Below, in pieces: positions 58,718 through 64,000 of a stretch of DNA of 64,000 nucleotides. The stretch lies in the IMG/VR virus record IMGVR_UViG_3300045988_098930; one strand, 5' to 3'. The first letter of the stretch is position 1, and every line of letters begins with the position of its first letter. The stretch is from a virus. A program made the translations under genes and the position numbers. The notes under the pieces are model-generated. The model was not told the origin of the DNA. It made no database searches and was given only the letters and a program-made list of their open reading frames with translations.

Positions 58718-59086
58718 ATGACCAACCTATATACTGTCGCAGAAGAAATGCGAATTATAGCGGGAGACACTAAGGTGCTCCCGTTTAGTGTCGGCAGACA
58801 GGACGGCAATCATGTCGATCTGAGCTTGTCCGGCACGACCATTAAATTCTTTTTGTACCTTTATGACCAACCTGAAGTCAATGTGTTGACTTTGAGTTCC
58901 GGCAACGGTATCTCAGTCAGTACCAGCGATACTTCATGGTTTGATGTCAAACTAACTTCGGAGCAAACAAAGGGTCTCGTGGGGCCATATCAGTATCAGA
59001 TAGAGATAACCACTCCGCTGAATGATATATACCGCCCTGTGACCGGCACTTTGGTGTTTGTGCAGATAAACGAGGGGAATTTATGA
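58718..59086 (+). CDS. Ig-like (BppU_N-like) domain protein
   Basis: RBS AAGGAGGA 7 nt upstream. IIAGDTKVLPFSV...YQYQIEI parallels the N-terminal domain of 26328..27158. Confidence 0.55.
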   Translation: MTNLYTVAEEMRIIAGDTKVLPFSVGRQDGNHVDLSLSGTTIKFFLYLYDQPEVNVLTLSSGNGISVSTSDTSWFDVKLTSEQTKGLVGPYQYQIEITTPLNDIYRPVTGTLVFVQINEGNL

Positions 59087-59502
59087 TAACTAAAGAACAC
59101 GCAACTGAAACCTTACAGATGGAGTTCGGCAAGGGTTCGTATGCCATTCCTGATGTGCATTATTTAGGGTTGTCCACCTCTGCCATATCTGAAGATACCG
59201 GCACGGGGTTTACTGAACCTGCTGATGCCAACTACTCACGCAAGGCGCTGACTAATGTGGCGGCAACATGGACTACCAACTCTGCTGGCGAAGTCGTTAA
59301 TGCGGCTTCCTTGGAGTTCGCTGCTTTTGCCGCTAATGCAAACACTCCTATTACTCACTGGTTTTTATCTTCTTCCGCAACTGGCGGCAAGGCATTGTAT
59401 TATGGTGCGCTGACTACGGCGTATCCTATTATACAAGGTAGTAAAATAGTCGTAGCTGCTGGCGGTCTGCAACTGTGCCGCACTAATCAGGCAACAGTTT
59501 AG
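59083..59502 (+). CDS. hypothetical fibre-module protein (139 aa)
   Basis: Track ORF with an ATGA overlap. Confidence 0.55.
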   Translation: MITKEHATETLQMEFGKGSYAIPDVHYLGLSTSAISEDTGTGFTEPADANYSRKALTNVAATWTTNSAGEVVNAASLEFAAFAANANTPITHWFLSSSATGGKALYYGALTTAYPIIQGSKIVVAAGGLQLCRTNQATV

Positions 59503-59515
59503 GCGGTGATGTACC

Positions 59516-60049
59516 GTGCAGCGGATACGGATTCTTTTAGATAGCACATCGCAACGTATAGCTACAAATCTGGATGCTCTGGTTGCTCGTTCTGCTGTCA
59601 CGTTAGATAAGACTGGCAACCGTATTCACATGACTATTGAGCGGTTTTTGGATGTCTCCTACTTGGTGCTACGCCATATAGACTATGCGGCAGACCGTTT
59701 GCTGACTGAACTGTGGCTGTCTGCCAGCGGCACAATGACCGATTATGATGGTAGTCGCCTTTCGCTTAGTGCTCTGAGTGATTTGTTGTTGACACACAAG
59801 GATTACGACGCGGCACGTTTAACAATGTTGTACACTATACAGGGTGTGTTGCGACATACGGATTATGATACTTCGCGACTGCTTATCACTCTGCCGTTGG
59901 GCGCGATCATGTCGCATATTGACTATGACGCTTCTCGTTTGCGTCAAACCAAGCTCATCAAACCTGTGCTGTTAGGTGAATATAGCGAGTTCGCCATAGG
60001 TAACACTTCTATGGCCCTCGCTGATTGGTGTTATGAGGAAATAACATAA
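59516..60049 (+). CDS. repeat protein with five H-x-DYD-x-x-RL units
   Basis: GTG start 7 nt after GGCGGTGA. Units read RHIDYAADRL, TMTDYDGSRL, THKDYDAARL, RHTDYDTSRL and SHIDYDASRL. Confidence 0.55.
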   Translation: MQRIRILLDSTSQRIATNLDALVARSAVTLDKTGNRIHMTIERFLDVSYLVLRHIDYAADRLLTELWLSASGTMTDYDGSRLSLSALSDLLLTHKDYDAARLTMLYTIQGVLRHTDYDTSRLLITLPLGAIMSHIDYDASRLRQTKLIKPVLLGEYSEFAIGNTSMALADWCYEEIT

Positions 60050-60060
60050 GGTGGTGAAAA

Positions 60061-60954
60061 ATGAGTTCTACAACTGAATATGCTGGCTTACTGCTTGTAG
60101 ACCCGTTGGGTGCGGATAGCGCCATGTCGGGCAGCTCTTGGGTGGAGTCACAGGCGGGCATAGCGTCCACCAGCAATATGCAAATTATAGATGCCTTGCT
60201 GAAACAGAAGGCTTCTTTTACTGTAAAAACAGCCGACGAATGGAGCGCAGACACCACCACTATTCTTCGTGCAAATGATTTTGGCGTGGTGTCTGACACA
60301 GGTGAAGTGCGGCGTGGCGACGGTATTCACGCATGGGGTGAATTGACTACATTTGACCCCGGTAATGCCAGTGGCAAGGTGGATAAAGTGCTGGGTGCTG
60401 TCGGTCATTTAGTGCAGTTTGCCAATGACGGTGCAATAGCTGATAGCGGCAAAAAGATAGATGATTTTGCCTCTGCAACGCATACGCATGGCAATTTGAC
60501 CAATGATGGTAAACTCGGTTCTGTGGCAGATCAAGTAGCTGTGACTGATACTGGCGGTGCTTTGATCACTAAATCGGCGGCTGAAATGCGGACTTTGCTG
60601 GATGTGCCGCAAAGCGACAGTAAGCAGGATAAGATAACGGTGCAGGGCATTGTGAAGGGTGACGGTGCAGGCGGCGTGTCTGCGGCTCAAAGTGGTGTAG
60701 ATTTCGCATTGCCTGCTACGCTCTATACTGCTACATTGACTGCGGCGGGTTGGAACAATAAATCTCAAACTGTAAGTGTTGCTGGTGTGACCGCTAATAA
60801 TGTGGTGTTGGTGCAGGCGCAAGCCGATTCCAGTCAGGCGTATCGCGTGGCTAAAGTGATGGCTGATGCTACGCAAGTGGCTGGGCAACTGACATTTAGT
60901 TGCACCACTACGCCTACTGTCGATTTGACCGTTATGATTATTGTGTTGGGTTAG
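60061..60954 (+). CDS. tail fibre protein (shared C-terminal domain)
   Basis: Track ORF. The C-terminus LTAAGWNNKSQTVSVAGVTANNVV...LTFSCTTTPTVDLTVMIIVLG is paralogous to 31471..31983. Confidence 0.6.
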   Translation: MSSTTEYAGLLLVDPLGADSAMSGSSWVESQAGIASTSNMQIIDALLKQKASFTVKTADEWSADTTTILRANDFGVVSDTGEVRRGDGIHAWGELTTFDPGNASGKVDKVLGAVGHLVQFANDGAIADSGKKIDDFASATHTHGNLTNDGKLGSVADQVAVTDTGGALITKSAAEMRTLLDVPQSDSKQDKITVQGIVKGDGAGGVSAAQSGVDFALPATLYTATLTAAGWNNKSQTVSVAGVTANNVVLVQAQADSSQAYRVAKVMADATQVAGQLTFSCTTTPTVDLTVMIIVLG

Positions 60955-60964
60955 GGGTGATTGT

Positions 60965-61474
60965 ATGGCTATTGTAAATATAGGGGCTGGTAGCGGCTCT
61001 GAATATGGTGTATACGTTGGTACAGTTGCCCCTACTGACCCCAGCACTACTGTGTGGATTGTGCCAGATGACGAACCGACTACGATTGATGATATAGCGG
61101 CACAGGTAGTGATTAAGCCCACGACTAATACTACATTATCAGGCGTGCTTAAAGGCGCAAATGGTAAGATGGCGCAAGCAGTGGCGGGAACAGATTATCA
61201 AACGCCTTTAACTGCGGGTACGGATTACGCACAGCCGAGTATAACTGTAACGGTTACGTTGTCTGCAACGGGTTGGACTGATAATACGCAAACAGTGGCG
61301 GTGACTGGTGTGACTACTACTAATGCTATAATGATCGCTCCTGCTCCCGTATCTTTTTTAGCGTATTGTGATTCTCAGGTACGGGCAACAGCGCAGGCGG
61401 CTAATGCGCTTACATTCGCTTGCGAAGATGCGCCGACTGAGAATTTGACTGTGAATATTTTGATTATGAGGTGA
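60965..61474 (+). CDS. tail fibre protein (shared C-terminal domain)
   Basis: Track ORF 60941..61474 trimmed to the ATG at 60965 after AGGGGTGA. The C-terminus APAPVSFLAYCDSQVRATAQAANALTFACE closely matches 31471..31983. Confidence 0.6.
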   Translation: MAIVNIGAGSGSEYGVYVGTVAPTDPSTTVWIVPDDEPTTIDDIAAQVVIKPTTNTTLSGVLKGANGKMAQAVAGTDYQTPLTAGTDYAQPSITVTVTLSATGWTDNTQTVAVTGVTTTNAIMIAPAPVSFLAYCDSQVRATAQAANALTFACEDAPTENLTVNILIMR

Positions 61475-61481
61475 TTGAACT

Positions 61482-61772
61482 ATGCTTTTTAATGCAAGTG
61501 ATAGTGGGCCGCGCAATGTTTCTTCCCTCCCCGCCAGCGGCGCGGCACTGACGGCAAATACTATATATAATGCATCTTCTCCTGTTGGTACATATGTATT
61601 CACCCCTCCCGCATCCGGCTGGGCGCATGGCACATTTACTACGGGTAGTAGTGTATCGGTGTCATTTAGTGGCACATTCATTGGCGCGGCCCCGGCAATA
61701 GAGGCAAACAAGACCTATGAATTTGATGTATACAATGGCGTGTGGGCAGTACAGGAGGTTGTGAGCGCATGA
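61482..61772 (+). CDS. hypothetical fibre-module protein (96 aa)
   Basis: Track ORF. Confidence 0.5.
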   Translation: MLFNASDSGPRNVSSLPASGAALTANTIYNASSPVGTYVFTPPASGWAHGTFTTGSSVSVSFSGTFIGAAPAIEANKTYEFDVYNGVWAVQEVVSA

Positions 61773-62137
61773 TACCTATGCTACGAAGGAGGCTGATGAG
61801 CAACATGGCAAAGGCGAAAAATATAGCAACGGGAACGATAGATGCGGGAAATTCCCATTTGACAACAATATCAATATCTGCTCAAACAGGCTTTAGACCC
61901 GACCATGTTGCGGTGTTTATAGCGTCAGAGAGGGCGGAATCAGCATTACAATTTCATGTTTTGAGTACATACGATGGCAACGTATTATGTTTTGACATGG
62001 ATACATGGTATATGAACGCATCATCCGTTCAGTTTACTGTGAACGACAGCGGGTTCACGATTGCAAACGTTAAGGTCGGCTCGGATAATCAAGTTTACTT
62101 TACCGGCACTTACCGCTATGTAGCATGGCAAGAATAA
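61769..62137 (+). CDS. hypothetical fibre-module protein with MIPMLRRRLM leader
   Basis: Track ORF 61742..62137 trimmed to the ATG at 61769 (ATGA overlap, AGGAGG upstream). Confidence 0.5.
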   Translation: MIPMLRRRLMSNMAKAKNIATGTIDAGNSHLTTISISAQTGFRPDHVAVFIASERAESALQFHVLSTYDGNVLCFDMDTWYMNASSVQFTVNDSGFTIANVKVGSDNQVYFTGTYRYVAWQE

Positions 62138-62211
62138 AAAGGAGCATACTATGTGTAAAATAATTCTATCGGGGGGGGCAGCCTCCGTAAAATAAAAAGC
62201 GCCTACGCGCT

Positions 62212-63105
62212 ATGATACCATTGCAGTTTGCCTTACGGCGCAGAATGATGATGGCAGGGGGAGGCTTACTGCCAAGTGGATTTACCCTCCTTGCGTGGAT
62301 AAAAGGCACAGGTACACAGTACATTGATACCGGGTTTGTGGTTAATAAGTCCGATAACTATGTGTTAGAAATAGACGGGTTATTTCCTTCGCAGGCGCAG
62401 GTGTATCAAGGTTGCAATGGCTATATGCAGTTTTTCACCAGTAGTAAATATGGTATAAGTGGCGATAGCTCTGTTGCAGTTGGTAATCGTAATACCGTGC
62501 GCGTAGAGTACGCTAATCAAACTGAAAAACTCTTTGTAGACGGAGCACAAATAGAGAGTAAACTGTGGTCAGCATACAATGGTTCTAATGTAAAACTTGC
62601 ATTATTACGCATGGGCGATGCCAACAACGGGTGGTACAATGGGGCAGCAGCTCAAGGTACGATATACGGTTATAAGGTGTGGAAGAACAATATCCTTGTT
62701 TCGGAATGTGTACCTTGTATACGTAATAGCGATGGTGCTGCCGGAGTGTATGATGTTATCCGAGAACAGTTTATTACTCCTGTCAACGGTGTGTTTTTGA
62801 CTCCTGATGGCGTCACTTATACGGTTACTACGAACTATATACCGGTTGCCGGACTTGTAACAGTAAACGGTTTAGATCTTCCGGTTAGTAACTCAACCAC
62901 AATTTACGCCGTTCCTTCCGGTGTGACAATCATTCTCCGTGCTCGTAGCGAGAGCACAAGCCAACTGGATATAACCGTGGATGACGTGGTTGTAGCAAGC
63001 GCATCACCGTTTCAGAGTGTCAGCTATACGTATGCCGTTACTAAAAACTGCACTGTACACGTATCCAATTCGGCAGCCGGCCAACGCTCATGGATAACAA
63101 CGTAA
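62212..63105 (+). CDS. putative receptor-binding / fibre protein with MIPLQFALRRRMMM leader and LLPSGFTLLAWIKGTGTQYIDTG motif
   Basis: Track ORF. Confidence 0.55.
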   Translation: MIPLQFALRRRMMMAGGGLLPSGFTLLAWIKGTGTQYIDTGFVVNKSDNYVLEIDGLFPSQAQVYQGCNGYMQFFTSSKYGISGDSSVAVGNRNTVRVEYANQTEKLFVDGAQIESKLWSAYNGSNVKLALLRMGDANNGWYNGAAAQGTIYGYKVWKNNILVSECVPCIRNSDGAAGVYDVIREQFITPVNGVFLTPDGVTYTVTTNYIPVAGLVTVNGLDLPVSNSTTIYAVPSGVTIILRARSESTSQLDITVDDVVVASASPFQSVSYTYAVTKNCTVHVSNSAAGQRSWITT

Positions 63106-63124
63106 TATGTAAAGGAGCAATACA

Positions 63125-63460
63125 ATGCTAAACACAAACTATGCCAAGCTGGCGGGCGGGTATCCCGAATATTTACGCCTGCCGGTTGAGTTGCAATCGC
63201 CGCTTATAATCAACGGTGTGACGCACCCCGCAGGGGCGCACCTCTCCACCAATGACGATGCGGCAATAAAGGAGATAGGCTATAAGCCCGTGATCCGTTC
63301 CCCCATGCCCTCAAAGGAGGGCTTTTATTATACCGAAGTGTGGGAGGACAGCGGCGAAGCGATAGTCCAGAGCTGGACGGAGCATGAGGCGCAGGCCACC
63401 ACGCAGGACTATATAGACGCGCTTGCGGAGCTGGGGGTGAATGTGAATGACGCGCAGTGA
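63125..63460 (+). CDS. hypothetical protein (111 aa), GC-rich patch
   Basis: Track ORF with RBS AAAGGAG. Confidence 0.55.
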   Translation: MLNTNYAKLAGGYPEYLRLPVELQSPLIINGVTHPAGAHLSTNDDAAIKEIGYKPVIRSPMPSKEGFYYTEVWEDSGEAIVQSWTEHEAQATTQDYIDALAELGVNVNDAQ

Positions 63461-63860
63461 ACTTATGGCGCTGGTAGCCGTGCGTAAAGCGGAAATCGAG
63501 GCGCACGAGACCGACCTTGTAGAGGTGCTGACGGCGGCGCGGGCGGGGCTTACCCCCACCCCCACGCAGGGCGCACCGTGGGACGCTGAAACCCGCTATA
63601 TAGCCGGGGATACCGTTGAGGGATATGTCGCCCTCAAATACAGCCGCAATAAGCCCCCTGCCGAAAACCTCGGCACATATTGGGCGGTGCAGACCGTGAC
63701 CTATCCCGCGTGGGGCGACATCGAGGACGGCACGGTGATTGAGGTAGACACCATAGTGACCTACAACGGCAAAACGTGGCAATGCACCGAGCAGCACATC
63801 AAGTCCACCGTTTACAAGCCCAAGGCCGGCAGTACCAAGTGGACGGAGATCGCAAGTTAG
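63447..63860 (+). CDS. protein with CBM5/12-like carbohydrate-binding repeats
   Basis: WDAETRYIAGDTVEGYVALKY and VTYNGKTWQCTEQHIKSTVYKPKAGSTKWTEI fit the W...Y..GD.V.Y.G..Y.C...H.S.....P......W pattern. Confidence 0.55.
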   Translation: MTRSELMALVAVRKAEIEAHETDLVEVLTAARAGLTPTPTQGAPWDAETRYIAGDTVEGYVALKYSRNKPPAENLGTYWAVQTVTYPAWGDIEDGTVIEVDTIVTYNGKTWQCTEQHIKSTVYKPKAGSTKWTEIAS

Positions 63861-63881
63861 CGGGGTGATTATGTGTCAATT

Positions 63882-64000
63882 ATGAAAATCAAAGATGCCG
63901 TTACCGGCGACTGGCAAGAAGTAATAGCGCTTCAGGGACCACCCGGAATCTTTACTCGTAATACTTATACGGAAAGCCCAACTACCATAACATTAGCCGA
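63882..64000 (+). CDS. partial ORF running off the window (fibre-like start MKIKDAVTGDWQEV)
   Basis: Hand translation. The frame is open to the window end and the SD is weak. Confidence 0.35.
   Translation, partial: MKIKDAVTGDWQEVIALQGPPGIFTRNTYTESPTTITLA

Noticed and set aside
62171-62178. The G8 homopolymer as a phase-variation switch fusing the mini-ORF to the downstream fibre gene.
   Set aside because: I translated the G7 and G9 variants by hand and both hit stop codons before 62212. Slippage therefore cannot fuse the frames. I kept it only as a minor note.
63210-63797. A 195-aa minus-strand ORF (also 63311..63565) in the GC-rich patch.
   Set aside because: It is a typical antisense shadow ORF of GC-rich coding DNA. 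The product is Arg/Pro/Gly/His-rich, and it overlaps two plus-strand genes that have RBSs and recognisable motifs.

Overview
The window looks like most of a large double-stranded DNA tailed-phage or prophage genome. The tail is siphovirus-like, with a 1973-aa tape measure protein, a Dit-like protein and a Tal-like protein. Strong GGAGG-type ribosome-binding sites, TTGACA/TATAAT-like promoters, frequent TTG/GTG starts and the gene families present suggest a Firmicutes-type host; that is an inference.

Layout:
- 10..9037: about 26 small, tightly coupled minus-strand early genes.
- 9038..10768: a gene-free hub of about 1.7 kb with iteron-like repeats, a GC-rich repeat block, a C-rich strand-asymmetric tract, two adjacent perfect hairpins and a near-consensus rightward promoter.
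- 10769..26168: plus-strand early/middle genes. These include a helicase-like P-loop NTPase, three Bro-N proteins, a family of zinc-ribbon proteins, a Lar-like protein, a hexapeptide-repeat protein, an 836-aa candidate single-chain two-barrel RNA polymerase (YonO/RdRP-like, NGADFDGD motif) and a metallophosphoesterase.
- 26328..31983: a first tail-fibre cluster, placed ahead of the terminase.
- 32056..44102: packaging, head, neck and tail-tube module.
- 44109..46856: an accessory island bounded by terminators, encoding a RuvC-like resolvase, a ClpP-like protease and a PIN-PhoH ATPase.
- 46890..57795: putative chaperones, tape measure protein, Dit and Tal.
- 57842..64000: a second fibre/receptor-binding cluster, ending in a GC-rich mosaic patch.

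I saw no rRNA, tRNA, CRISPR array, integrase, lysis cassette or DNA polymerase in the window. All functional calls come from motifs read in the supplied translations and from memory of protein families. No database search was run.
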